A stretch of 64,000 nt of DNA from Bdellovibrionales bacterium (lineage in GTDB: Bacteria; Bdellovibrionota; Bdellovibrionia; Bdellovibrionales; JAGQZY01): assembly GCA_964230645.1 (NCBI GenBank), contig CAXRHT010000003.1, forward strand, positions 459,108 through 523,107. The letters are read 5' to 3'. Of the stretch, positions 27,783 to 38,300 are shown in pieces. Each line of letters opens with the position of its first letter. Position 1 is the first letter of the stretch. Made by a program: the position numbers and the translations under genes. Below the pieces are notes generated by a model, which made no database searches, was not told where the DNA came from, and saw nothing but the letters and a program-made list of their open reading frames with translations.

Positions 27783-28001
27783 CGAACCACTGTCGCTGTC
27801 GTGGAGAATTTCGGACCCTTGGGGCCGAAGCACGCACCCGGGTGCATTTCGTCTCCCGGATTGCACCACTTCGTGGCGCAACCCAAGATACGCAACGGGC
27901 CACGGCATGCTTTTGCTGTACAGCTAAAGCATGTGGCCGTCTCGTTGCTCGAGCTTCGACCCCAAGGGTTCGAAATTCTCCGCGGCAGCGACAGTGGTTC
28001 G
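27783..28001 (+). repeat. 219-nt branched palindromic element (MITE-like or structured RNA)
   Basis: Arms 27783-27831 and 27953-28001 pair over 49 nt (45 Watson-Crick, 3 G-U, 1 mismatch). Internal hairpins are at 27861-27881 and 27892-27948. GC is 131/219, about 60%. Confidence 0.8.
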
Positions 28002-28026
28002 GAAACTATATATATAAGGGGTCCTC

Positions 28027-29223
28027 ATGCTTTCTAAAAGAATGTCCGAATTAAAACCTTCTCCAACTCTGGCTCTTGCGGCTAAAGCCAAGAAACTTAT
28101 GAGTGAAGGGCATGATGTTATTTCTCTCACAGTGGGTGAGCCGGACTGGACGACTTATGACAAAGCCAAAGAAGCGGGTAAGAAGGCCATTGATGAGAAT
28201 AAAACTACTTATACGCCAGCCTCTGGAATTGGTGAGCTGAAAGAGCAAGTTGCGGGTTTAATTGGGCCTCAAATTGGTCGCGATGTGAAGCCTTCGGAAG
28301 TGACTGTTGGATCTGGGGCTAAGTTTATTATTTATGCTGCACTAGCAGCGATTTTAGATCCGGATGAGGAAGTGATTGTTCCCTCGCCTTATTGGGTGAG
28401 TTATCCGACAATGGTCGAGCTGGCTGGTGGGAAACCTAACATTGTGACTTGCGGAGGAGAGACGGATTTTAAATTAACTCCTGCCCTTTTGGAAAAAGCC
28501 ATCACTCCAAAAACGAAAGCTCTTTTGTTGAACTCTCCGAGTAATCCAACTGGGGCTGAGTACTCTAAGGCTGAGCTTGCTGATATTGCTAAGGTTTTAA
28601 AAAACTATCCCAATATCGTGATCATTAGTGATGATATTTATAACCAACTTTCTTTCTGTAAAGAAGCCTTAAGTCCTCACATCCTTAATGTTGAACCCAC
28701 ATTTTTTGATCGCACCATTTGTATTAATGGAATGTCGAAAGCTTACGCTATGACCGGTTGGAGAATCGGTTGGGCTGTGGGCCCAGAAGAAGTGATTAAA
28801 GCAATGGCTAGTTTTCAGTCGCAAACTACGGGGGCTCCATGTTCTATCTCTCAGTGGGCTTCGGTCACCGCGATCAAAGACTGTCATAACCGAGTGGAAG
28901 ATGCACTGACAGCACTTAAAGAAAGAAAAGCTGATTTTGTGGGGCAGCTTGAGTCTGTACCAGGTATGAAACCCTTTGATCCGCAAGGGGCTTTTTATCT
29001 TTGGGTGAACGTGGAAGAATGGCTTGGAAAATCCTACGGGTCAGAAAAGTTATCGGACTCCCGTCAAATTGCCGCCTTCTTACTAGAAAATGAAATGTTG
29101 GCTGTTGTTCCCGGTATTGAGTTTGGACTCGAGGGTTATTTGCGCTTAAGTTTTGCGGCAAGCCCTAAGGACCTTAAGCGAGCCACTGAGCGCTTTAAAT
29201 CCTTTCAGTCCTCTCTTTCTTAA
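28027..29223 (+). CDS. aspC: PLP-dependent class I aminotransferase (aspartate aminotransferase-like)
   Basis: VGEPD, NSPSNPTG, SDDIY and PLP-lysine motif SKAYAMTGWRIG, plus 'YLRLSFA'. The substrate is not provable from sequence. Confidence 0.9.
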   Translation: MLSKRMSELKPSPTLALAAKAKKLMSEGHDVISLTVGEPDWTTYDKAKEAGKKAIDENKTTYTPASGIGELKEQVAGLIGPQIGRDVKPSEVTVGSGAKFIIYAALAAILDPDEEVIVPSPYWVSYPTMVELAGGKPNIVTCGGETDFKLTPALLEKAITPKTKALLLNSPSNPTGAEYSKAELADIAKVLKNYPNIVIISDDIYNQLSFCKEALSPHILNVEPTFFDRTICINGMSKAYAMTGWRIGWAVGPEEVIKAMASFQSQTTGAPCSISQWASVTAIKDCHNRVEDALTALKERKADFVGQLESVPGMKPFDPQGAFYLWVNVEEWLGKSYGSEKLSDSRQIAAFLLENEMLAVVPGIEFGLEGYLRLSFAASPKDLKRATERFKSFQSSLS

Positions 29224-29342
29224 AAATTTGATCCGGACCAAGACCATGGTCCTAGTCTGGTCAAAAAAACTCTCAGAGACTAAAGTCAGTTTACATAGAC
29301 ATGATGCATCATATCCCCTAAACTATTTAAAGTAGAGGGGTA

Positions 29343-29999
29343 ATGACTGTGTCCATTTGGATTTTAATACAAATCGTAGTGAATATATTTTTGGTGGGTG
29401 GTGTTTCCATTTGTCTTGTTCGAGTGTTCAGAAACCAAGAAGACGATTCAAGACTCACTCAAGGATTAAGACTTTTACAAAGTAAGATTTCGATCTTAGA
29501 AGATCTTTCCGATCACACCGAAAACCAAGTAAAACAGTTAATGACCTTACTTGATAAAAAATTAGTGGACGTTAGAGGCACACTCCAACAGGTCGATGCC
29601 TATATGGGTGAGGTGGACCGCTCTATTGAAAAAGGTCGCAAGATGGCCGAAGAAATTCAAAACGAAATCGCTCACGACCAGATTGTTGAAAAAAAATTAG
29701 AGAATAAATACATTCAAGCCGCACAACTAGCGCACCAAGGGCGGACAGTCGATGAGATCGTTCAGGCTCTAAATCTTCCCAAGGCGGAAGTGGAATTGAT
29801 CACAAAAATTAATAAAAAGAAATGTGTTTACGATACCAAGCAAAACAACATTAGCGAGAAACTCTTTTCACAGAGTTTAGAAATGCCAAAAATTCAATCC
29901 TCTGGACAGGCGGAGCTGGATTTTAAAGAAGCGATCAGCCAGCACGAAGAGCGTCAAAATGCTCGCACCAGTGGATTTCATTCTATAAAACTGGGGTGA
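29343..29999 (+). CDS. DUF2802-like membrane-anchored coiled-coil protein
   Basis: N-terminal TM helix, a coiled coil, and motif YIQAAQLAHQGRTVDEIVQALNLPKAEVELI. Confidence 0.7.
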   Translation: MTVSIWILIQIVVNIFLVGGVSICLVRVFRNQEDDSRLTQGLRLLQSKISILEDLSDHTENQVKQLMTLLDKKLVDVRGTLQQVDAYMGEVDRSIEKGRKMAEEIQNEIAHDQIVEKKLENKYIQAAQLAHQGRTVDEIVQALNLPKAEVELITKINKKKCVYDTKQNNISEKLFSQSLEMPKIQSSGQAELDFKEAISQHEERQNARTSGFHSIKLG

Positions 30000-30003
30000 G
30001 TGG

Positions 30004-30222
30004 GTGCTGGTTAAAGGGCAGTTTATTAAAGCTAAATTAATCGAAGCGGTTGAGGAAAATCGCTGGATCGTTAGTTTTGAAGGTGATCTCTTGCAAGTGC
30101 AGAATTCCACTCCCATTGTTTTTGAGGAAGGGAAGACGCTGACCCTTAAGGTGCAGTCGCTAAATCCATTCAAACTTCAAGTCGTTTCCAAAGCTCGAAC
30201 CTCATTTGATCGAACAGTGTAA
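30004..30222 (+). CDS. Small hypothetical beta-rich protein
   Basis: 72-aa ORF directly after the previous gene, with plausible globular composition. Confidence 0.6.
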   Translation: MLVKGQFIKAKLIEAVEENRWIVSFEGDLLQVQNSTPIVFEEGKTLTLKVQSLNPFKLQVVSKARTSFDRTV

Positions 30223-30341
30223 TTGCTTCTCACCTTTTTTCATCAAAAAGAGCTTTTTGTCTCTGTTTTGTTAGAAATGGATCAACAATGAGAAAAGTCT
30301 AAGCCTTTATGGTAAAACCCATTTTCTATTGAGGGTGTTGC

Positions 30342-32024
30342 ATGGGGCGCGTGATTTTATTGTTAGCGATGACTGTCTTTCCCGTATTTGGTTTCGGCCA
30401 GACCGGAATCTTGCAGTGGACGGATGCCCATTCCACTTTGGAGACTTTCACCCGTCAAATGGCCGCTATTGATAGTGTTGCCCAAGATTACTACCAACGA
30501 AATCCTCAAGGTGAGTTTATCATTCATGTAATTGGTGACTTCACTTCGATCACCCCTTTGAGTTCAGAAGATGCTGGATGGTCTTTTTTTCGTGGATTAC
30601 GTCTTTTAAAAGAGCGCGGGCACCGGGTGATATTTACCCCTGGCAATCACGATGCCTTTGATTGGTCAGTCAAAGTGGACGGAGCCAAACTTTTTGAAGA
30701 GCAAATGCTTTTTTTGCACCAGACGGGAATAGAAGTGGTGGTTGGTAACCTAAAGGGAGTAAACCCGCAACTTTCCGAGGTGATCAAACCCTTTGTGAAA
30801 CTAGAAAACTTTGAAGCACCCACTTTTTTGTTCGGTTTAACTCTGCCAAACTTAATGACCAAATCCAATTTGAATGAAAACTCAGCTCGCACAATTTTTT
30901 CAGGCCTCATGTCTTACGAAGAATCTATTGAGATGATTCTTGCGGAAAGCAAAAAGCTTGGAGCGGAAAACATAATTCTTGGTGTACATGATGGTCATGT
31001 ACGATTGGAGAAAAAAGTCACTGACTTAAAGCAGTCCATGGCCGAAAAAGATTTGAGCATAAAAATTCCTTTAGCCATGGGCGCTCACGATCATCAAAGT
31101 GTGTCACGAGTACAAGGTGGCACTCATTTTTCTAACAGTGGCTCTCACGGTTCTTTTAGTTTTATTGAACTTAGCCCGCAAGCAGAAGTGAAACCAGAGC
31201 GGCTCGTTCATATTCGTTTCCAACAGGCGACGGGACGAGAAATGGACTGGAGTCTTTTTGAAGTGGGTGAGGTTGTCGAAAACGATATCACGCAAGCGGA
31301 CATTAAAGAGGTGTCGTGGCTTAATGAGTTTGATCGTGAACTCAGTGAGATGATATCAGAGCGAAAGAAAGTTTTATTACAAGAATTAGCTCATCTCACC
31401 TTCAGTATTCCAGAAGACAAAATGGATATGAAAAAAGGAGTGACTCGGCTTGGAACTCTCATTGCTGATTCCATGGTGCAGTGGGGGGAGTCTCTCAAAT
31501 CTCTCGAGCAAAAAGACATTCCTGTTCTGGCTATGACTAATTCTAGTTCCTATAAATTAGAAGAGTCGATTGAAGAGGGTCCGTTAACAGAGATGACTCT
31601 TCGACAAATGTATCCTTTTTTAAACGAAGCGAGTCTGCATCTTCTAGATGGACACAGCATTGAAATTCTATTTTTAAGTTTGAGGCAATTTTATTCCCAA
31701 TCCAATCCTGAACTTTATAGCCCCCAGATCAGTTCTCTTTTACGAGAGTCTGAAACGGGTGGCCTGCAAGTCCGCTCTAGAAATGGGTTGTGGGAGAATA
31801 TTGATCCCAACCGCGAGTATTTTTTAGTGATAGACGGATGGCTTTCTGATCATCGTTTTGGACAGAGTTACCGTATCGATAGTTGGCTAGAGATCTTTCA
31901 GAATCATGAGCCCCTGGCACAACTTTCTCATCAAGAGATATTGGTGCGCGAGTTTCCTGGTGTGATCACCGCTCACCAACAGGAAATAAATCCAAAAACA
32001 CTAACATGCCGTCGAGTTTTCTAA
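30342..32024 (+). CDS. Secreted 5'-nucleotidase-like metallophosphoesterase
   Basis: Signal peptide; metal motifs DAH, GD, GNHD, VHDG and GAHDH; C-terminal 5'-NT-like segment (NSSS..IEEGPLT...MYPFLN). Confidence 0.85.
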   Translation: MGRVILLLAMTVFPVFGFGQTGILQWTDAHSTLETFTRQMAAIDSVAQDYYQRNPQGEFIIHVIGDFTSITPLSSEDAGWSFFRGLRLLKERGHRVIFTPGNHDAFDWSVKVDGAKLFEEQMLFLHQTGIEVVVGNLKGVNPQLSEVIKPFVKLENFEAPTFLFGLTLPNLMTKSNLNENSARTIFSGLMSYEESIEMILAESKKLGAENIILGVHDGHVRLEKKVTDLKQSMAEKDLSIKIPLAMGAHDHQSVSRVQGGTHFSNSGSHGSFSFIELSPQAEVKPERLVHIRFQQATGREMDWSLFEVGEVVENDITQADIKEVSWLNEFDRELSEMISERKKVLLQELAHLTFSIPEDKMDMKKGVTRLGTLIADSMVQWGESLKSLEQKDIPVLAMTNSSSYKLEESIEEGPLTEMTLRQMYPFLNEASLHLLDGHSIEILFLSLRQFYSQSNPELYSPQISSLLRESETGGLQVRSRNGLWENIDPNREYFLVIDGWLSDHRFGQSYRIDSWLEIFQNHEPLAQLSHQEILVREFPGVITAHQQEINPKTLTCRRVF

Positions 32025-32172
32025 AGCCTTTATAAGCTGTTTCAGATCGAATCAAAAAAGCCATTCGGGTACAGTGGTCTTGAACTGTCAAAATCATGAC
32101 TCACTCTGAAACAAACCTTTTTGTGATTTCTTAAAATTTTGTAAAAAAATCAGTCTTTTAAAGCGATATTAC

Positions 32173-32200
32173 TAAACTAAGACCCTAATTAAGCCGATAG
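32173..32200 (+). promoter_or_regulatory. Putative sigma28 promoter of the giant adhesin
   Basis: TAAA-N16-GCCGATAG: near-perfect -10, with a spacer one nt longer than consensus. Confidence 0.45.
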
Positions 32201-32302
32201 GCTAGTCAAAGGTTCAACACGCATAAGGTTTAAATTATCAACAGGAGGGGAAACCTTTTAAAAAAACGGGTGTAAAATAAAGGGGATAGAGTAGAGGAGT
32301 AT

Positions 32303-35300
32303 TTGATACTACGCTTAAGTTTGGCGAAAGCCCGTAATTTTATACTGAGCTGTTTAACTGTGCCGTTCATGGTGGCTTGTATTGCCGATATCAATGAACC
32401 GCTGAGCAGTAATAATGGGCTACTTGTATTTTCAACATCCACTTCTCCCAGTGATCAAATCAATCAACTCGATTTCGGCGCTACAGCTGCGGCTCCTGGC
32501 CGATCCTTTGAAACCATTTTTCTAATTAATACCGGTGGCAAAGCCATTGATAGTATTAAAACCACTTTAACCGAATCAGAATTTGTTTTTGAAGGTGGTA
32601 ATTATCCAGGGATCGGTGGTGATTGTGCAAAAGACCTTTCGCCTGGTGAAGCTTGCTCTATCGTTTTAAGGTTTAATCCTCCAACGACCACGTCGTACAC
32701 GGGTGAATTAAATATCACCTACGGTGACTCGGCTGAATTAGTGGCTGCACGCCTTGATCTTAAAGGGCAGGGGACTAATCCCGCTCTACTCACTGTGAGT
32801 GAAACCGATCCTTACGATTATGGACAACAGCCACTGAATACTTCTGGCGAGCATGTGTTTACCATTTCCAATGTTCCTGATGGAGCGATTGCAAAAAGAA
32901 TTACCGAAGTGGCACTGAACCCTCCCTATGAGCTTAAAGGCGGAGAGTGGCCAGGCCTTGGTGGAACCTGTACTGATAAACTTCTCCCAGGGAATACCTG
33001 TTCGTTTGTTGTGACATTCACACCAACTGTTGTGGGTCCGAATTTGGGTGAAATTAACGTTCAGTATGACAACGGAATAACACAAGTCAGTGCGGACCGT
33101 GATTTAACAGGTGTAGGAGTGATCCCAGCTAACCTCGTAATCGACATGGCTCCTGTTTATGATTTTGGAACTTTAATTATATCTCAAAATGCCACCTTTA
33201 CTTTTACGGTAACAAACGCGGGTGGCCTTGATGCTACCTCAATGACAGGGGCGGGATTGGTTTTTCCTTTTAACTTCACTGGCGGATCTTATCCGGGCGC
33301 TGGTGGAGATTGTGGTACCACCCTCACTCCTTCTGCGACTTGTACGATTGAAGTGCAGTTTGCTCCAATTAATCCAGGCTCTTTTACTAGCACACTTGAG
33401 ATTCCTTATAATAACGGCGCTGTTTTAGATACTGCCACTCGTGATATCCAAGGGGCGGCAGTGACCCCGGCTCTTCTTACCATCAGTGACGGACCGACTC
33501 TCGATTTTGGCGTCACCGCTATTGGAAGCTCGCTGACTCATGCTTTTACTGTGACTAACTCGGGTGGTTCACAAGCCACAGCCATTCTTGATACAGGTGC
33601 TTTAGCCGCACCCTTTGATTACTCCGGTGTGGGGTATCCTGGTATTGGAGGCGACTGTAACGTGACTCTTGCTCCGGGGGCAAGTTGTACACTAGTGCTT
33701 GAGTTTGCTCCAACAGTGGCCAACATCTATAACGATCAATTAGAAATTTCATATAATGATGGACTCAGTGGACAGCTCGCTCAAAGGGACATTCAGGGAA
33801 CAGGGGTGATTCCTGCTACCTTAACAATTACGGAAACGGATCCTTACAACTATGGGTCTATCCCTACGGGTGGATTTATTACCCATACTTTCACCGTTGC
33901 AAATACGGGTGGTTTTTCAGCTAGTAGTATAGCTGAAGTGGGGCTTGCGGCACCTTTCGAATTCTCTGGTGGAGCTTTTCCAGGAGCCGGCGGGGACTGC
34001 ACAGCGACTTTACTTCCTGGAGACTCTTGTACATTAGAAATTAACTTTTCACCCACAGTCACTGGATTACAACAAGATACGATCGCTCTGAATTACTTTG
34101 ATGGGGCTACCAACCAAACAGTGAATAGAGATGTTGAAGGCTCGGGTGTGACACCCGCTTCTTTGAGTATTAATGAAGCACCTCTTTTTGATTATGGGTC
34201 TCCTGTTTTAGGGTCACAAACCGACCATACCTTCAATGTTAGTAACACTGGTGGATTCGCCGCTTCTAGTATCGTTGGCGGAGGACTTCTTCCTCCTTAC
34301 GAATATAAAGACGGAAGTTATCCAGGAACGGGAGGAAGTTGTACTAATACAATTGCTGCCGGTTCTACTTGTTCGATTGTGGTGACTTATTCTCCGACCG
34401 TGGTGGGAGTTGATAATGATACTATCGAGATTGATTATTTTGACGGAGTGAACTCGCAAACCGCCACTCGCGATATAACTGGAACGGGTGTGGTTCCAGC
34501 CTTTCTGACTTTAACAGAAGCGCCACTTTATGATTACGGAACAAGAGCTGTGGGTTCAAGCAATCTTCATATTTTCACAGTCAATAACGTGGGGGGTGCT
34601 CCTGCGACAAGCCTTGCTGAAATTGGCCTAGCCGCTCCCTATCAGTTTGTTGGAAGCGCTTATCCAGGAACCGGTGGGGATTGTGGTACCACCCTCGGTG
34701 CTGGCGCAAGCTGTACTCTCTATATTGAGTTTGCACCCACTGTGATTGGAAATTACAACGATCAAATACAGCTTGATTATTTTGATGGTGCAGCTTTGCA
34801 ACAAGTCACTCGTGATGTAACGGGGAATGGAGCCGCTCCCGCGAGTCTTTCGATTTCAGAGGCACCGACTTATGATTTTGGAAATGTTGCAATTGGTGGG
34901 CAAGACACACACTCTTTGGTTATTACAAATAGTGGTGGAGTTCCCGCGGTTTCACTCTCTGGTTCCACACTGACGCTTCCCTTTGATTATGAAGGCAGTA
35001 CTTATCCTGGATTGAGTGGTGATTGTACTGCTACTTTGGCTCCGGGTGCCACCTGTAGTATTTCCCTAAGTTTTTCTCCGACGGCATTAACAACATCCAA
35101 TGACACTTTCACTTTGAGTTATAACGATGGTGTAGGTGGTCAAAGCGTTCCTCGCGATGTCACGGGCACGGGGGTGAACCCTGCGCAATTAGCGATCGAT
35201 CAGGGACCGACTTTTGATTACGGGACTCTAGCCACTGGAAGTGCCCAGGTAAATCTGTTTACAGTTTCAAACTCTGGTGATGTCACAGCCAATAATATAG

Positions 35301-38300
35301 CTGTCGTGAATCCTCTCGGTCTTCCTTTTCAGTATGAGGGGGGAACTTATCCAGGAACGTCAGGAAATTGTGGAACAAGTCTTGCCTCCGGTGCCACTTG
35401 TAGTATTGCCGTTGAATATGCACCTACGGCCACAGGCAGTCACTCGGATACGATCGATATTCAGTATGATAATGGTGCCATTGTTACAAATACGACAAGA
35501 GATGTGCAAGGGAATGGGGTTAATCCGGCACTACTAGTGATCGATCAGTCTCCTCTTTACAATTTTGGTTCCGTTCCAACAGGAGCCACTCGTACATTTA
35601 TTTTCACAATGACTAATACCGGAAGCTTTTTAGCCAGTGGGCTTTCAGGAGCGGGTCTAACTCCACCGTTCACCTATTCCGGTGGCTCCTTCCCTGGTAC
35701 TGGTGGGGATTGCGCGGCTACTTTGGCGGCGAGTAGTAGTTGTCAGATCGAAGTGCTTTATTCACCGACGAATGTTGCTACCCACACAGCGACTATGGAT
35801 GTGAACTATTTTGATGGAGCCAATAATCAAAATAGTCTGCGGGATTTACAAGGAACAGGAGTGGCTCCAGCACTCCTAGAAATTTCTAATGCTCCAAGCT
35901 TTAACTTTGGAACAGTAGCAACCGGTTCTATTAACACCCAAGTACTAACCGTGAGTAACTCTGGTGGGTTTCAAGCCACTGCGATTGCTGATAATCTGGG
36001 GCTCGCAGCTCCATTTAGTTTTTCAGGGGGAACATTCCCTGGAGTCGGTGGAGATTGTGCGGCCACACTTGCTGCTGGAAGTACATGTCTTATTGAAGTT
36101 AGTTATAACCCCGTTGCACCAGCTTCTGATAGCGACACCATCGATATTGCCTACAATAACGGAGTCTCTGCTCAAAACGCTCTAAGAGATTTATTAGGTG
36201 TGGCTGTGAACCCCGCCGTCATTGATATTACGGAAACAGATCCCTATGACTTCGGTACAATAGCGACAGGTGGAATTCGCACTCATATTTTTACATTATC
36301 AAATTCCGGTGGAATCACTGCTACGGGAGTAGCAGAAGTTGGACTGGCGGCTCCTTTTGCTTTTACGGGCGGAGCTTTTCCTGGAACCAACGGAGATTGT
36401 ACTAGTAGTATCGCCAACGGTGCTTCTTGTGATATCGAGATTGCCTACCAGCCGACTGTGACCGGGACGCAAACAGACTCAATTGAAATTCAGTACAATG
36501 ATGGCTCAGGAAGTGTAAGCTCACTAAGACAAATTCAAGGAACGGGTGCTGCCCCAGCTTCCATTACAATCACCGAAACCGATCCTTATGATTATGGAAC
36601 TTTGGCTCAAGGGGGCTCAGCCACTCATACCTTTACTCTTACCAACGCGGGTGGTGTTGATGCCACAGTGATGAGTGGTGGAGGATTAGGAGCTCCTTTT
36701 AGTTTCACTGGTGGTTCCTACCCAGGTGCCGGTGGTGATTGTGGAGCGACCCTTGTTCCCGCTGCAACTTGTTTGATCGAAGTGCAATTTGCACCGACCA
36801 CCGCTGCTGTTTTTAACGACACGATTGATATCAATTATTTTGATGGGGCTAACAACGTCACTTCCGCTCGTGATATCACGGGAACTGGTGCAGCTCCCGC
36901 TCTTCTAACGATCAGTGAATCCAATCCCTATAACTTTGGACTCATCGCCAATGGCGGAAGTGTCTCCCATAGTTTTACAATTTCAAATGCCGGTGGTGTT
37001 CCAGCGACGGCTGTTGCCGAGGTGGGCTTAAGTGCTCCGTTTAATTATTTAGGAGGAAGCTTCCCAGGAACCGGTGGTGATTGTGGTGCAACGATTGGAG
37101 TGGGTGCGAGTTGTACGATTCGCGTGGCCTTTCAACCAACAGCGACCGGGGTTTTCCCAGATACCATTGATTTTACCTATAACAATGGTTCTGCGGTGGT
37201 GAATTCCACACGCGATGTTCAGGGAACAGCGACCGCTCCTGCTAGTATAGCCATTAGTGAGACCGATCCTTATAATTACGGTACAAGAGCTGTCGGTTCT
37301 GTGACCTCTCATATTTTTAGTTTAACAAACTCCGGGGGTGTTTCTGCCACGGCGATTGCCGATGCTGGTGGACTTGCCGCTCCTTTTTCCTATGTGGGAG
37401 GAAGTTTTCCTGGAACAGGCGGGGACTGTGGAGCGACACTAGCCGCTCTAGCTAGCTGTAATATTGAAGTTATTTATAGTCCAACAGCCGCTGTTACAGA
37501 CACCGATACCATCGATGTTAATTATAATGATGGAACGGGTGCTACCAACACCACAAGAGATGTGACTGGAACAGGAGCTCTACCCGCCAACCTCTCAATC
37601 ACTGAAACCGATCCTTTTGATTTTGGCTCGGTCACCGTGGGCTCTAGTCAAACCCATATCTTTACCATTTCCAATGGTGGTGGTGTGGCTGCAACGACGA
37701 TCAGTGAAGTTGGTTTAGCGCCACCTTTTGCCTTTGCTGGTGGTGGAGGGTTTCCAGGAGCTGGTGGTACATGTACTGCGACCCTTGGTGCGAGTGCGTC
37801 TTGTGATGTGGTTGTTGAATTCACTCCAGCGGGTTCTGGATTTGTTTCCGATACGATCGATTTTAGCTATTTTGATGGAGTTAACACTCAAAATGTTACT
37901 CGAAATATTCAAGCCACAGGCCTTGTGCCAGCGACCTTAAGTATTTCAGAGCTTGATCCCTATGATTACGGAACAAGGCCCACAGGAAGCATCAATCAAC
38001 ATGTTTTTGTTGTTACCAACACTGGTGGAACTCAGGCTTCAGGAATGGCCGGTGCGGGACTCAATGCACCTTTCCGATTTGAGGGGGGCTCTTACCCTGG
38101 AACCTCTGGAAGTTGTGCTGCTACGTTGGCTGTTGGAGCCAGTTGTAATCTTGTTGTAGAATATGCTCCCGTGGCTGTGAGCCCTAGTGACACAGATACC
38201 ATCGACATGAACTACTTTGATGGAGCTAATTCTCAGGTCAGCTCAAGAGACCTTGTCGGAGTGGCTGTGACTCCAGCCCTACTCACTATTAGTGAATCCG

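Noticed and set aside
27783-28001. Possible 6S RNA, SRP RNA, tRNA or CRISPR identity for the long palindrome
   Set aside because: It has no symmetric central bubble, SRP helix-8 motif, cloverleaf or spaced direct repeats; GGTTCGA is just part of the stem.
27776-28130. Three overlapping ORFs across the palindromic element
   Set aside because: They are explained by GC-rich, stop-poor palindromic DNA; there is no RBS or recognisable protein motif.
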